Positions 1 through 12,678 of a stretch of 64,000 nt of DNA are shown here, piece by piece (positions within the stretch are counted from its first letter, which is position 1; each line of letters starts with the position of its first letter). The translations under genes were made by a program, and so were the position numbers. The notes under the pieces were generated by a model. That model had not been told where the DNA came from, searched no databases, and worked only from the letters and a program-made list of their open reading frames with translations. The stretch is from Desulfobacterales bacterium (GTDB lineage: Bacteria > Desulfobacterota > Desulfobacteria > Desulfobacterales > UBA2245). The stretch spans positions 62,001 through 126,000 of the forward strand of contig JAXGZF010000005.1 in the NCBI GenBank assembly GCA_040771865.1, given 5' to 3'.

Positions 1-1
1 G

Positions 2-232
2 GAATTTTTTACGGACCTTGATCGGGTCGACCTGGCCCGGTACCGGAATATCGGGGTAATCAGCCAGCCGCCATGGAAGGACAGAGATCGGCTCGACCGC
101 GCTTTGAGGACTTTTGAGAAGGTCCGCAGAAAGTCGTTTTGGCGGAAAGAAGACATGGTGGAGGCCATCCGCATCATCGTTCCGGAGCTGGAACATGAGG
201 AAAAGGGTCGAAATTTGGATCAGAAGATGTGA
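2..232 (+). CDS. 3' end of a polysaccharide biosynthesis protein (CapD/PglF-like UDP-GlcNAc 4,6-dehydratase), truncated by the window edge
   Basis: Frame 2 is open from the window start to TGA at 230-232: EFFTDLDRVDLARYRNIGVI...ELEHEEKGRNLDQKM*. This C-terminus resembles the family, and neighbours are polysaccharide genes. Confidence 0.6.
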   Translation, partial: EFFTDLDRVDLARYRNIGVISQPPWKDRDRLDRALRTFEKVRRKSFWRKEDMVEAIRIIVPELEHEEKGRNLDQKM

Positions 233-377
233 AAATATAAAATGCAATTTACAGACATGCTGAAAGATGATGCCGACAGGTTCCTGCATGGGATATAATG
301 CAGCATCGGGTTGACGAGGTAACGAGGAGGTTTGTAATATTAAACAATGAACGCAATCAAACCGTGACCGAATATAT

Positions 378-1919
378 ATGGAAATCAAGACTAAAATTCT
401 GATCGTGTTTATTACCTCTTTGTTGCTGTCGCTTTTTCTGACCCCATTGGCCGGACGGCTCGGGTTTAAATTCAGGGCGATTGACCATCCCGGTGAGCGC
501 AAGGTTCATTTAAATCCAACTCCAAGAACCGGCGGATTGGCCATTTTTGTGACGTTTGTCGTGGGTCTGATCTCTTGCCGGTATTTTGTAACAGACTTTG
601 CAGATTTTCTGCCGAACGATTTCCGGTTGGATCTGTTTTTTTCAGGAGCTGCGCTGATTTTCGGAGTCGGATTATGGGATGATTTCAAAAGACTCGGGCC
701 CTGGACAAAACTTTTTGTCCAGATTATCGGCGCCAGTTTAGCTTATTTTGGAGGCGTGCGGATAACGAACCTGGCGGGTTTCATGAATATTGACCTGCAA
801 TGGGTCGGTTATATCGTCACGATTTTCTGGTTTACGCTTTTCATCAACGCTATTAATCTTGTGGACGGCCTGGACGGACTGGCTGCGGGACTTGTTTGCT
901 TCACCTCGCTGGTCATGGCAGCTCTGGGTTTATTGAAACAAAACTATTTTGCGGCGACCCTGTTTGCGGTTCTGGCCGGAAGTGTCATGGGATTTTTGCG
1001 GTATAATTTCAATCCAGCCACCATTTTTCTGGGAGATGGGGGGAGCTATCTGCTCGGTTATCTAGTAGCGGGGCTTTCGGCCTTGACTTCGCTGAAAACC
1101 AATGTGGGCGCAACCATGTTGATTCCTCTGCTTGCCTTGGGAATACCGGTGTTTGACGCGCTGCTTTCCCCGGTTCGTCGTTTTATTCGAGGGCAGGAGA
1201 TGTTCATGCCGGACAACAGGCATATTCATCATCGACTTCTGGCCATGGGTCTGACAGCACGAAAGGCTGTGTGGCTGATCTACGCCATATCGATTTGTCT
1301 GTGTGCAACAGCGATTTTCCTGGTCAATCTGCGGGATGAGCAGTCCGGCTTGATTTTGATCCTTCTGGCAGCCGGTTCTGTATTGTTCATTCGAAAGTTG
1401 GGATATCTGGACTATCTGGCTTCGGATAAGATGCTGGGGTGGTTTCAGGACGTGACCGATTCGGTGGGCGTGAGCCGGGAGAAGCGGGGCTTTTTAAATA
1501 TTCAGATTGAAATCAACCGGGCAGAAAACTGTGAACAGCTGTGGACTCATTTAATTGACGCACTGGAAATGCTCAATTTTGATCGATGCGATCTGAAATT
1601 AAATGGATTCTGCCGGGCGCCGGGTTTCTCTGAGGATGGAGAGGCTCATATTTTGCGCTGGAATCGTATGAACGGAGACAACGATGTCCTGAAACGAACG
1701 CTTCGTATCGATCTCCCGCTTGTCGGCTCTGATAAAAGATGCTTTGGCAACCTGGTGCTGGAAAAAGATGTTATAAACCATGAAATTGGGCACTATACAC
1801 TCAAACGCGTTGAGCATCTCAGAAGAAATATCATTAAATCCATGGAGAAATTTGATACAAATCCTCCGCAAAACCATGAGCGTCGGTCTTCGCAGACAAA
1901 TGATACAACCCAACCTTGA
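378..1919 (+). CDS. MraY/WecA-family undecaprenyl-phosphate GlcNAc-1-P transferase with a ~150-aa soluble C-terminal extension
   Basis: Polytopic; motifs RKVH..PTPRTGG, GLWDD, NAINLVDGLDGLA, FLRYNFNPATIFLGDGG, HIHHRL. Confidence 0.9.
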   Translation: MEIKTKILIVFITSLLLSLFLTPLAGRLGFKFRAIDHPGERKVHLNPTPRTGGLAIFVTFVVGLISCRYFVTDFADFLPNDFRLDLFFSGAALIFGVGLWDDFKRLGPWTKLFVQIIGASLAYFGGVRITNLAGFMNIDLQWVGYIVTIFWFTLFINAINLVDGLDGLAAGLVCFTSLVMAALGLLKQNYFAATLFAVLAGSVMGFLRYNFNPATIFLGDGGSYLLGYLVAGLSALTSLKTNVGATMLIPLLALGIPVFDALLSPVRRFIRGQEMFMPDNRHIHHRLLAMGLTARKAVWLIYAISICLCATAIFLVNLRDEQSGLILILLAAGSVLFIRKLGYLDYLASDKMLGWFQDVTDSVGVSREKRGFLNIQIEINRAENCEQLWTHLIDALEMLNFDRCDLKLNGFCRAPGFSEDGEAHILRWNRMNGDNDVLKRTLRIDLPLVGSDKRCFGNLVLEKDVINHEIGHYTLKRVEHLRRNIIKSMEKFDTNPPQNHERRSSQTNDTTQP

Positions 1920-2231
1920 CGTCACAATTATTCTGGTACCAGCCTTCATGTTTTGTGCCGGTACCGGTTGTGGGCGCTGAAAGATGTTTTTCGATCATCC
2001 TGGTTTTACTTTGAGTTTCTTGATATTTTGGGTTACGAAGTAATGTTGCTGATTATTATAAACTCACAGCCGATTTCGGTGGTGATCCACGCAGTGTATA
2101 TGGTCCGCTGTGGAATTGAGTTGCTATAACCCCGCACCGGCATGGCAAGGTTTTATGCGGCTTTTTATTGTTGCTGAAAGGACGGACAAAGAAACAAAAA
2201 CTTCCCGATTTAGAGTTTCGAAAACTTTTTG

Positions 2232-3029
2232 ATGATCGATCTGCACTGTCATATTCTGTTTAACATGGATGACGGCCCTGTATGCATGGATGAAACCATT
2301 GCCATGGCGATGTGCGCGGTTGATGACGGAATCCATGAGATTGTGGCCACCCCGCACACCTTGAACGGAGTGTACGACAATCCGTTTGACCGGGTGGTCT
2401 GCGCCGTGAATCAGACCCAGGAGGCTCTGGATCAAAATAACATTCCCATCAAGCTGGTGCCTGGGGGGGAAAACCATTTCTGCGCGGGGTTGTCCGAACA
2501 GATTTTGAACGGCCATGGGTGTTTTATTAATGGAAACGGCAGGTACGCACTGGTAGAATTTCCTTTTCATACGCTTCCGGTCCATTACAAGAAAGAACTT
2601 TTTGTTCTTCGAATGCAGGACGTCGTTCCGATCATCGCCCATCCCGAAAGAATCATTCCTTTTCAGCAGGATATAGAACTGCTGGCGGAGCTGGTTGAAA
2701 TGGGATGCATAGTGCAACTTACAGCCATGAGCGTTACCGGGGAATTCGGGAATCAGACCATGCGCTGTGCGCATGAGCTGTTAAAGCAAAATTTGGCCTA
2801 TGTGATCGCTTCCGACGCCCATTCATCAGAAAACCGTGTGCCTGTGCTTTCCCCGGCCATAGAGGCGGCCGCTGACGTTTTGAAAAGCATGGTCTTGGCA
2901 AAAACGCTCTTTTCTGATAATCCGCGAAGAATCGTTGAGGGCAGGGACATCGTTCCCCTAAGCCGGATCACTTCTGATGCGCGGCGAATGAGTTTTTCTC
3001 GGAGAATTAAAACCTTTTTGAGCGCATAG
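2232..3029 (+). CDS. CpsB/CapC-family PHP protein-tyrosine phosphatase
   Basis: MIDLHCHIL..DDG, ATPH, IAHPER, ASDAH motifs; capsule-locus context. Confidence 0.9.
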   Translation: MIDLHCHILFNMDDGPVCMDETIAMAMCAVDDGIHEIVATPHTLNGVYDNPFDRVVCAVNQTQEALDQNNIPIKLVPGGENHFCAGLSEQILNGHGCFINGNGRYALVEFPFHTLPVHYKKELFVLRMQDVVPIIAHPERIIPFQQDIELLAELVEMGCIVQLTAMSVTGEFGNQTMRCAHELLKQNLAYVIASDAHSSENRVPVLSPAIEAAADVLKSMVLAKTLFSDNPRRIVEGRDIVPLSRITSDARRMSFSRRIKTFLSA

Positions 3030-3128
3030 AAGGCGTTCGGAATTTTCAGACGGGTTGCGGGCGACGTGCTCGGGCTTTTTCGAATGTATCAATCATTAAA
3101 TGAAACGAAAGTACCAAGGAGTCACACC

Positions 3129-3614
3129 ATGATTTTAAGAGGGCGCAATCAATTCGTATTATGGGTTTTTGGGCTGATTCTGGCCCTGATCATTTTTTCA
3201 GGATGCACTGCTTTCCGGTCCGGCAGTCAGCAGGCTTCCGAGGGGAAGGACATTCAGCAACCTACGAGCAAGAACGAACCGATTTACTATGATTTCGGGG
3301 ATGTGCTGGTTCCCAAGCAGCTGACCGTGAACAAAAAACTTTCCTTTGTTTATCGGACTCCGGGATTTTCCGCAGGTGTACTTTCACTGAAAGGCCGGGT
3401 AGAATTAAACTCTCTGCTTGCCTTTTTTCAAAACAATATGGTCAAGGACAACTGGCGTCTGGTAAGTTCATTCAAGTCGATGCGGACCATCATGCTTTTT
3501 CAGAAGGAAAACCGGTGGTGCGTCATCAATATTACAGAAAAAGAATACTATACCTACGTAGAAATCTGGGTTTCGCCCACCATGAATGAATCTGCGGCGG
3601 TCGATATTCGTTGA
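3129..3614 (+). CDS. Hypothetical lipoprotein
   Basis: AAGGAG RBS before ATG 3129; hydrophobic signal ending in lipobox-like FSGC. Confidence 0.7.
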   Translation: MILRGRNQFVLWVFGLILALIIFSGCTAFRSGSQQASEGKDIQQPTSKNEPIYYDFGDVLVPKQLTVNKKLSFVYRTPGFSAGVLSLKGRVELNSLLAFFQNNMVKDNWRLVSSFKSMRTIMLFQKENRWCVINITEKEYYTYVEIWVSPTMNESAAVDIR

Positions 3615-3647
3615 TTCGAACCCTTTTATTCCAGACGACAGGAGCGC

Positions 3648-4862
3648 ATGGATTGCATGTACGGCGATATTCTGAAGGGCAAACGGATTGTGTTGGGCGT
3701 ATGCGGAGGAATTGCCGCCTATAAGAGCGTGGAGCTGATTCGGCTGCTGACAGGAGCCGGCGCCAGGGTGCGCGTGATCATGACTCAGCATGCCCGATGG
3801 TTTGTCGGACCGACAACCTTCGGCGCTCTGACCGGAGAGCCGGTGTATGACCAGCTTTTTCAGGAGAATCGGGATGCCGCTATCCGCCATATCGAATGGG
3901 CGGAAAATGCCGATGCGGTCATCATCGCGCCGGCTACCGCCAACATCATCGGGAAGATGGCCAACGGCATCGCAGACGATGCGCTGAGCACCTTTCTTCT
4001 GGCGGTCACCGCCCCCATCATGATTTGCCCTTCCATGAACACCCATATGTATGAGAGCCGTGCGGTTCAGAGGAATCTCGACGTTTTGAGAGCTGACGGA
4101 TGCCACATTCTGGCTCCGGCTTCCGGTCAACTGGCGTGCGGAGCTTCCGGAACCGGGCGTCTGCCTGAACCCGGGCAAATCTGCGATAGAACGGCTGCCC
4201 TGCTTTCCAGGAAAGACCTGAAGGGGAAAACCGTTCTGGTAACCGCCGGTCCCACCCGGGAGGCCATTGACCCGGTGCGGTTTATTTCAAATCCATCAAG
4301 CGGAAAAATGGGGTATGCCATCGCCCGTGCCGCCGAATACCGGGGCGCCCGGGTGATTCTGGTTTCCGGCCCCGTGGAGCTATCCGATCCCCTGAACGCT
4401 TCCGTTGAGCGGGTACGATCCGCGCAGCAGATGGCGGATGCGGTTTTTTCGCATCTGGACGAGGTTGATATCGTCATCAAGGCTGCGGCCGTTGGGGATT
4501 ATCGTCCCGAGCAGGCCGCCGGGCATAAAATTAAGAAGCGTGGCGATCGGATGAGTCTTAATCTGGTTTTAAATCCCGATATTTTAAAAGAAATCGGCCG
4601 AAGAAAGGGTCGGCTGTTTCTTGTTGGGTTTGCCGCAGAAACCCAGGATTTGGAGTCCAATTCGCTTAAAAAAATTTCTCAGAAGAACCTGGATATGATT
4701 GTCGGAAATCTAGTGAGCCGTCCGGATTCGGGGTTCTCGACGGAAACCAACCAGGCGGTTTTTTTCTATTCCGACGGGTCGCGGGAAGAATTCCCGCTGA
4801 TGGAAAAATTTATTCTGGCCAATGTGCTTTTAGACCGCGTTGTCGCGCGCATAGCCGGATAA
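3648..4862 (+). CDS. coaBC: Bifunctional phosphopantothenoylcysteine decarboxylase/synthetase
   Basis: GGIAAYK, APATAN, PSMN, LACG..G.GR, TAGPTRE.IDPVRFISNPSSGKMG, VGFAAET. Confidence 0.95.
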   Translation: MDCMYGDILKGKRIVLGVCGGIAAYKSVELIRLLTGAGARVRVIMTQHARWFVGPTTFGALTGEPVYDQLFQENRDAAIRHIEWAENADAVIIAPATANIIGKMANGIADDALSTFLLAVTAPIMICPSMNTHMYESRAVQRNLDVLRADGCHILAPASGQLACGASGTGRLPEPGQICDRTAALLSRKDLKGKTVLVTAGPTREAIDPVRFISNPSSGKMGYAIARAAEYRGARVILVSGPVELSDPLNASVERVRSAQQMADAVFSHLDEVDIVIKAAAVGDYRPEQAAGHKIKKRGDRMSLNLVLNPDILKEIGRRKGRLFLVGFAAETQDLESNSLKKISQKNLDMIVGNLVSRPDSGFSTETNQAVFFYSDGSREEFPLMEKFILANVLLDRVVARIAG

Positions 4863-4867
4863 GAATC

Positions 4868-5563
4868 ATGTGCTCCAACCCGAATGATCTGATTTCCGAT
4901 ATTCAAAGCACGCTGCGCGCCATGGCCGAAGCCGGATGCCGCGGATTCGACTCAACACCGGAAAGCATTGAGATCTTGAATTCATGGGATGCACGGTCCG
5001 ACAGTCTGGATGCCATTCTCAAAGATCTGGCCGAGTGCCGGCGCTGCTCCTTGGCTGAAGGCCGGAACCATCTGGTTTTTGGCGAAGGAAATCCCGAAGC
5101 CCGTCTGGTTTTTATCGGAGAGGGGCCCGGTTTTGAAGAAGACCGGAAGGGGGCGCCCTTTGTCGGACCGGCCGGGGAGCTTCTGACAAGGATCATACAG
5201 GCCATGGGTCTGACGCGGGATCAGGTTTACATCTGCAATGTGGTCAAGTGCCGTCCTCCGAAAAATCGCAACCCCTTTCCGGAAGAGATTCAGGCCTGCC
5301 TGCCGTTTCTGGAACGGCAGATCGACTGCATAAGACCCGAATTCATATGTACTCTGGGCGCTGTCGCCGTTCAGGCACTGCTTCGGACCGAAGAGTCCAT
5401 CACGCTGCTTCGCGGCCGTTTTCAGAGCTATAAAAATATTGCCGTGATGCCGACCTTCCATCCGGCTTATCTTCTCAGAAATCCTGAAAAAAAGAAGGAG
5501 GTTTGGGAAGATGTTCAGAAAGTGATGAAACAAATGAGACTCAAGACGGAAGGCAAAAGATAG
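4868..5563 (+). CDS. Family-4 (4Fe-4S) uracil-DNA glycosylase
   Basis: CRRC, IGEGPG, PFVGPAG, NVVKCRPP.NR, TFHPAYLLR. Confidence 0.92.
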   Translation: MCSNPNDLISDIQSTLRAMAEAGCRGFDSTPESIEILNSWDARSDSLDAILKDLAECRRCSLAEGRNHLVFGEGNPEARLVFIGEGPGFEEDRKGAPFVGPAGELLTRIIQAMGLTRDQVYICNVVKCRPPKNRNPFPEEIQACLPFLERQIDCIRPEFICTLGAVAVQALLRTEESITLLRGRFQSYKNIAVMPTFHPAYLLRNPEKKKEVWEDVQKVMKQMRLKTEGKR

Positions 5564-5774
5564 AAACGAAAACAAATTTACGGAAAACGGGCATATTGCC
5601 GTTGGCATTCCGCAGTTTCAAAGTATTTTATCTGGGTATTGACAGGGTTATGAAAAATGATTTATTGAGTTATTCTTGACTTAATTTATGGTTGAAATGC
5701 GTTAAACAGGCGGGGACTCAAGGTCTCCGCTTGTGATTTTCTTGAACGGAACTGACTAAGGAGGTTGGACAGAC

Positions 5775-6098
5775 ATGGGCGGGAAAAAGAAGGAAACAAA
5801 AGAAAAGCCCCTCGAAAAATTGACGGCTAAGGAGCTCAGAGAGATCGCACTTCAAGTTCCTGATATCACGGGCGTTCATGGACTCAATAAGGACGAACTG
5901 GTTTCGATCATCAAACAGTCCCGCGGCATCAAGGAAGAGGCCAGGAAATCAGATAATACAGTCCGGGAGATCAAGGCTAAAATACGTGGTCTGAAGTGTC
6001 AGCGGGCAACTTTTCTGGAAGAAAACGATGAAAAGATGGCTGCCATTTTTCGTCGCCGGATCATCCGTTTGAAGAAAAAAACGCGTCGGGCGGCGTAG
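5775..6098 (+). CDS. Small basic protein with a Rho termination factor N-terminal-like domain
   Basis: LEKLTAKELREIA...GVHGLNKDELV resembles the Rho_N helical domain; AAGGAGG RBS; no ATPase domain. Confidence 0.7.
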   Translation: MGGKKKETKEKPLEKLTAKELREIALQVPDITGVHGLNKDELVSIIKQSRGIKEEARKSDNTVREIKAKIRGLKCQRATFLEENDEKMAAIFRRRIIRLKKKTRRAA

Positions 6099-6143
6099 GA
6101 AATTCCCTGCTCTTGCAGGACAGCCGGGGAGTTCGAAAACCCG

Positions 6144-6716
6144 ATGATCAATCCGGAATCCGTGGCATTTGACGTGGACGGGGTGATGGCAGATACTATG
6201 ACCCTGTTTCTGGACATTGCCCGGGAAGAATTCAATATTCATGAAATCCGATACGAGGATTTCACCAGCTATGATCTGGAAGAGTGCATTCAGATGGATC
6301 CCGGGGTTATGGAAAGCATTATTTCCCGAATCATTAACGGTGGGTACGCAGCCGAACTGCGCGCTTTTGATGGAGCGGCAGAGGTGCTTACGCGTCTGGG
6401 AAGACAATGCGCTCCTTTGCTGTTTGTGACCGCCCGGCCCCATGCCGGGCCGATTGATGCATGGATTCGGGAGATGATCCCTTTAAGCTTTCGAGATATT
6501 CAGATCGTTCCGACCGGCACGTATGAAGCCAAGGCCGACGTGCTGCTGCAGCGGGGCATCTCTTATTTCATCGAGGATCGGCTGGAAACCTGTTTTGCTT
6601 TGGATTCCGCGGGAATTACTCCGGTGCTTTTCAGGCAACCCTGGAATCGAAGGCAGCACCCGTTCCGGGAGGTTGGATCCTGGCGGGAGTTGGAGGCCCT
6701 GATCGACTTTAAATGA
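6144..6716 (+). CDS. HAD-superfamily 5'(3')-nucleotidase-like hydrolase
   Basis: FDVDGVMAD, VTARP, FIED, QPWN motifs. Confidence 0.8.
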   Translation: MINPESVAFDVDGVMADTMTLFLDIAREEFNIHEIRYEDFTSYDLEECIQMDPGVMESIISRIINGGYAAELRAFDGAAEVLTRLGRQCAPLLFVTARPHAGPIDAWIREMIPLSFRDIQIVPTGTYEAKADVLLQRGISYFIEDRLETCFALDSAGITPVLFRQPWNRRQHPFREVGSWRELEALIDFK

Positions 6717-7618
6717 ATCTTCGCGTCAAAGACTTAATTCCGGAATTCATTGAATCCCTGGCCACCGAAAAGAGCTATTCGGCCAATACCTGCCGGGCCT
6801 ATCGAAACGACCTTGAAGATTTCGTCTCGATCATGTCCGATCAACTGGATGAAACTCCCGTTTTCGTTGATTCGATCGATGTGTTGATGATTCGAAGTTG
6901 TCTGGCAATTCTCCATCGTTGCAATACAAAGTCGACGATTGCCCGAAAGCTTTCAGCATTGCGGTCTTTTTTAAAATATCTGGTGCGGCGGCAGATCGTG
7001 CCGGTTAATGTTGCCGAACAGATTCTGACCCCGAAACAGGAAAGGCCGCTCCCGGTTTATCTTTCCGTGGATGAGATGTTCCGGCTTCTGGACTCCATCG
7101 CTGGCGGGGATCTGCCGGGGCTGCGGAGCCGGGCGATTTTTGAAACCCTGTATTCCTGCGGGATTCGAATTTCAGAGCTGGTTTTCATGGATGCCGCTGA
7201 CGTGAATGCGGTATCGGGCATGATCCGTGTGACGGGAAAGGGCTCTAAACAGCGGAGGGTTCCGATCGGTTCCAAGGCGCTTGTTGCGATTCAGGCTTAT
7301 CGAACGCGTCTGGAAACGGAGACCGGCATAGCGCAGGATGCCGGACCGTTGTTTTTGAACAACAGGCTGGGCCGGTTGAGCGCACGATCCGTGGCGCGAA
7401 TACTGGATCAGCTGATCCGCAGATGCGACCTGACGTCGCCGGTTTCGCCCCATGCCCTGCGCCATTCATTTGCCACGCATCTTCTGGACGCCGGTGCGGA
7501 TCTTCGGGTGGTGCAGGAGCTTCTGGGTCACAAGAGCCTGTCAACCACGCAGAAATACACCCATGTCAGCATGGACCGGCTGATGGAAACCTACGACCGC
7601 GCTCATCCACGGCGATAG
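6713..7618 (+). CDS. xerC: Tyrosine recombinase XerC
   Basis: GIRISEL, GKGSKQR, HALRHSFATHLL, LLGH, TTQKYTH; conserved xerC-hslV-hslU order. Confidence 0.88.
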   Translation: MNLRVKDLIPEFIESLATEKSYSANTCRAYRNDLEDFVSIMSDQLDETPVFVDSIDVLMIRSCLAILHRCNTKSTIARKLSALRSFLKYLVRRQIVPVNVAEQILTPKQERPLPVYLSVDEMFRLLDSIAGGDLPGLRSRAIFETLYSCGIRISELVFMDAADVNAVSGMIRVTGKGSKQRRVPIGSKALVAIQAYRTRLETETGIAQDAGPLFLNNRLGRLSARSVARILDQLIRRCDLTSPVSPHALRHSFATHLLDAGADLRVVQELLGHKSLSTTQKYTHVSMDRLMETYDRAHPRR

Positions 7619-7677
7619 CTGCCGGTATGGGCAAGTCCTGCAGATTTTTGGCTGAAAGTAAATCGAAAAGAGAGACT

Positions 7678-8217
7678 ATGAATTTTCATGGCACAACGAT
7701 TTTGGCGGTCCGGCGCAACGGCAGGATCGCCGTGGCAGGAGACGGTCAGGTCACCCTGAACAATACCGTGGTCAAACATCGGGCAAAAAAGGTGCGTCGA
7801 ATCTACAACAACAAGATCGTTGTAGGCTTTGCCGGCACGACCGCCGATGCGCTGAATCTCTCGGAAAAACTTGAGGCCATGCTGGAACAGTATAATGGCC
7901 AGTTGATCCGGGCGGCCGTTGAACTGGGCCGCCAATGGCGAACCGATAAATATCTTCGGCGACTGGAGGCCATCATGATCGCTGCGGATGAGACCCGCAT
8001 GTTTCTGATTTCCGGAAACGGCGATGTTATAGAACCGGACGAGGATGTGATTGGAATCGGGTCCGGAGGTGCTGCAGCCCAGGCGGCAGCCTCGGTTCTG
8101 CTTCTGCATACCCAGATGGATGCGCGCAGAATTGTGGAGGAATCCATGAAAGCGGCCGCTTCTCTGTGCGTATATACCAATGAAGCCATCACGGTTGAAG
8201 AATTGTCCTTAGGTTAG
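7678..8217 (+). CDS. hslV: ATP-dependent protease peptidase subunit
   Basis: MNFHGTTIL (catalytic Thr after processing), GDGQVT, GFAG, GSGG. True start is ATG 7678, not 7423. Confidence 0.95.
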   Translation: MNFHGTTILAVRRNGRIAVAGDGQVTLNNTVVKHRAKKVRRIYNNKIVVGFAGTTADALNLSEKLEAMLEQYNGQLIRAAVELGRQWRTDKYLRRLEAIMIAADETRMFLISGNGDVIEPDEDVIGIGSGGAAAQAAASVLLLHTQMDARRIVEESMKAAASLCVYTNEAITVEELSLG

Positions 8218-8245
8218 GCATCAGCATATAGAGCGAATCTGCGCC

Positions 8246-9600
<1,355 letters not shown>

Positions 9601-9604
<4 letters not shown>

Positions 9605-10494
9605 TGACGTCAGAAACCATTCAACCGAATGTTGCAGAAATACTCATCGAGGCGATGCCGTATATCCGTCGTTTTTCCGGCACGACCCTGGTCGTCAAAT
9701 ACGGCGGCCACGCCATGGTGGACGAGCAGCTCAAAGAGGATTTTGCCAGGGACATCACTCTGATGAAGCTTATCGGCATGAACCCCGTGGTCGTTCACGG
9801 CGGCGGACCCCAGATCAACAAGGTGCTCGACCAGATGGGCATTAAGTCCCGTTTTGTCCGCGGCATGCGTCTGACCGATGCGCCCACCATGGATGTGGTG
9901 GAGATGGTGCTCGGCGGCAAGGTCAATAAATCGATCGTGGCCCTGATCAACCAGCACGGCGGAAAGGCCGTGGGGCTGAGCGGAAAGGACGGCGACCTGA
10001 TCAAGGCCAAAAAACTTCAAATCCTGCATCAGGAAGATGTCACCAAACCGCCTGAAATCATCGATCCCGGTCTGGTGGGAGAGGTGACGGAAATTCATCC
10101 GGAAATCATCCATACCCTTACTCAGAAGGGATTTATACCGATTATTGCACCGGTGGGCGCCGGAGAATCAGGAGAGACTTACAACATCAATGCGGATCTG
10201 GTGGCTTCACGCATTGCGTCGGCTCTTGGCGCGGGTCGTCTCATTCTGCTGACCGATGTGGACGGGGTGCTCGACGAGCGGGGCCAGTTGATTTCCTCCA
10301 TCGATTTTGCACGCATCAACCAGTTGATCGCAGACAAGACGATCTCCGGCGGCATGATTCCGAAAATCGAATGTGCCATGGACACCCTGAAGAACGGCGT
10401 CGAAAAGGTTCACATCATCAACGGGAAAATCAGACATGCGCTTTTGCTGGAGCTGTTTACTGACAAGGGCATCGGAACGGAAGTGAAACAATGA
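9601..10494 (+). CDS. argB: Acetylglutamate kinase
   Basis: [25 protein letters not shown]. Confidence 0.96.
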
Positions 10495-11687
10495 AAAGCG
10501 AAATTATTCAAAAGGCGGATGCGGTTATTGCGCGTACCTACAAGCGGTTTCCCCTGGTTCTGGTCAGGGGGCAGGGCAATCGCCTCTGGGATGATCAGGG
10601 AAAACAGTACATTGATTTTGTCGCCGGAATTGCCGTGTGCAATCTGGGACACGCCCATCCGGCGGTGGTCGATGCCCTGGTCCAGCAGGCACAGGCCCTG
10701 TTTCATGTATCCAATCTTTACTATACGGTACCCCAGGTGGAACTGGCCGCCTGGCTGGTGGAGCGTTGTTTTGCCGACCGTGTGTTTTTCTGCAACAGCG
10801 GCGCCGAAGCCAATGAGGCCGCCATCAAGCTGGCCCGAAAGTATTTCCGGGAAAAGGGCGATCCGCGCCGTTTTCGAATCATCACCATGGAAAAATCCTT
10901 TCACGGCCGCACCATGGCCACGCTTTCGGCCACCGGACAGGAGCGGATCAAGTACGGATTTGATCCGGTTCTGGCGGGTTTTGATTTTGTTCCTTTTAAC
11001 GATATCGCCGCTGTTGAGGAAAAGATCGGTCCGGAAACCTGCGCGGTGATGCTCGAACCCATCCAGGGAGAAGGCGGCATCCGCTGCCCGGATTCAATGT
11101 ATCTGAAAGGCCTGCGCAGGATTTGCGACGAAAAGGGCATTCTGCTCATTCTGGATGAAATTCAAACGGGAATCGGCCGGACCGGCCGGCTTTTCGCGCA
11201 TCAGCATTTCGGAATCGAGCCGGATATCATGACGCTGGCCAAAGCCCTTGCCAACGGACTTCCCATCGGCGCCATGCTGGCGCGTGAGCAGGTGGCCGAA
11301 GCATTCGGTCCGGGGTCACACGCATCGACCTTCGGAGGCACGCCGGTGATCACGGCGGCCTCTCTGGCAACACTTCAGACAATTGAAAAAGAAGGGCTTA
11401 TCGAAAACTGCCGAAAGATGGGAGAATATTTCCGGAAGAAGCTTGACTGGCTCAAGTCCCGTCATGACTGTATTCAGGAGGTACGGGGGCTCGGACTGCT
11501 TCTGGGCGTCAAGCTGTCCGTTTCAGGTGATCCCGTGGTGCTTGCCTGCATGAGGCGCGGATTTCTGATCAACTGCATTCAGGGCGAGGTGCTGCGTTTC
11601 GTGCCGCCTCTGGCTGTTTCGCAACAGGACATTGACGCCCTGGCGGCATGCTTGGACGAAGTGTTAAGCATGCCGGCCGATGCATAA
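10491..11687 (+). CDS. argD: Acetylornithine aminotransferase
   Basis: [33 protein letters not shown]; arg operon context. Confidence 0.93.
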   Translation: MKSEIIQKADAVIARTYKRFPLVLVRGQGNRLWDDQGKQYIDFVAGIAVCNLGHAHPAVVDALVQQAQALFHVSNLYYTVPQVELAAWLVERCFADRVFFCNSGAEANEAAIKLARKYFREKGDPRRFRIITMEKSFHGRTMATLSATGQERIKYGFDPVLAGFDFVPFNDIAAVEEKIGPETCAVMLEPIQGEGGIRCPDSMYLKGLRRICDEKGILLILDEIQTGIGRTGRLFAHQHFGIEPDIMTLAKALANGLPIGAMLAREQVAEAFGPGSHASTFGGTPVITAASLATLQTIEKEGLIENCRKMGEYFRKKLDWLKSRHDCIQEVRGLGLLLGVKLSVSGDPVVLACMRRGFLINCIQGEVLRFVPPLAVSQQDIDALAACLDEVLSMPADA

Positions 11688-11711
11688 AAATGTGATATTG
11701 GCGAGGTTGTT

Positions 11712-12644
11712 TTGAAAAAAGACATTCTAACCATTCTGGATCTGGACAGGCAGGATATTCAAAAGCTTTTTGACCGGGCGTTTGAACTCAAGCGCCGCTA
11801 CAAACAGGGAATTTTTGATCAGCCCCTGCGGGGCAGGAGTCTCGGGCTGTTGTTTGAAAAGCCTTCGACGCGCACCCGGCTTTCCTTTGAAACCGCAGTG
11901 ATTCAACTGGGCGGAACCCCCATATTCATCAGCGCGAAAGATACCCAGCTGTCCCGCAATGAACCGGTCAAGGACATGGCGCGGGTGCTTTCCAGGTATG
12001 TTGACGCCCTGGCGGTTCGCACCTTTTCCCAGCATATTGTTGAGGAATTCGCGCAATACGCGGACATTCCGGTGATTAATGCCCTGACCGACATGTACCA
12101 TCCCTGTCAGGTGCTCAGTGATCTTTTAACCGTGCTGGAATATAAACATCGGCTTGACGGTTTGAAGGTAGCCTGGGTGGGCGATGGAAACAACGTGGCC
12201 CATTCGTGGATCAACGCTTCCGCGATTTTGGGTTTCGAGCTTTTTCTGGCGTGTCCGAAGGGATATTTACCCGATCCGTCCGTGGTTCGAAATGCGGTTG
12301 AAAACGGCTGCGGGAAGATCCAGATCACCAGCGATCCAAAGGAAGCGGCTCGAAATGCCGCGGTGATTTATACCGATGTCTGGGCCAGCATGGGCCAGGA
12401 GTCCGAGCAGCAGACCCGTCTGAAGATCTTTGAGCCTTTTCAGGTCAACGAGGTTTTGATACAAAATGCGGCGGGCGATGTCATCGTCATGCATTGTCTG
12501 CCGGCTCATCGCGAAGAAGAGATCACCGAGGCAGTGCTGGAAGGTCCCCATTCCGTGGTCTGGAATCAATCCGAAAACAAGCTGCACATGCACAAGGCGA
12601 TTCTGGAAACATTGATCCGGCCCTGTGGCCAGCTGATTGCGTAA
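11712..12644 (+). CDS. argF: Ornithine carbamoyltransferase
   Basis: STRT, HPCQ, DVWASMG, HCLP motifs. Confidence 0.95.
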   Translation: MKKDILTILDLDRQDIQKLFDRAFELKRRYKQGIFDQPLRGRSLGLLFEKPSTRTRLSFETAVIQLGGTPIFISAKDTQLSRNEPVKDMARVLSRYVDALAVRTFSQHIVEEFAQYADIPVINALTDMYHPCQVLSDLLTVLEYKHRLDGLKVAWVGDGNNVAHSWINASAILGFELFLACPKGYLPDPSVVRNAVENGCGKIQITSDPKEAARNAAVIYTDVWASMGQESEQQTRLKIFEPFQVNEVLIQNAAGDVIVMHCLPAHREEEITEAVLEGPHSVVWNQSENKLHMHKAILETLIRPCGQLIA

Positions 12645-12678
12645 AGCCGCTAAAGCACTCAAAATAAGGAGAACAATC

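Noticed and set aside
2143..2158. Sigma54 promoter TGGCAAGGTTTTATGC before the phosphatase gene
   Set aside because: GG-GC spacing is one base too long for a -24/-12 element.
6713..7618. Tyrosine recombinase as a phage or island integrase
   Set aside because: XerC-like motifs and size, embedded in the conserved xerC-hslVU-argB order, with no att sites or cargo genes.
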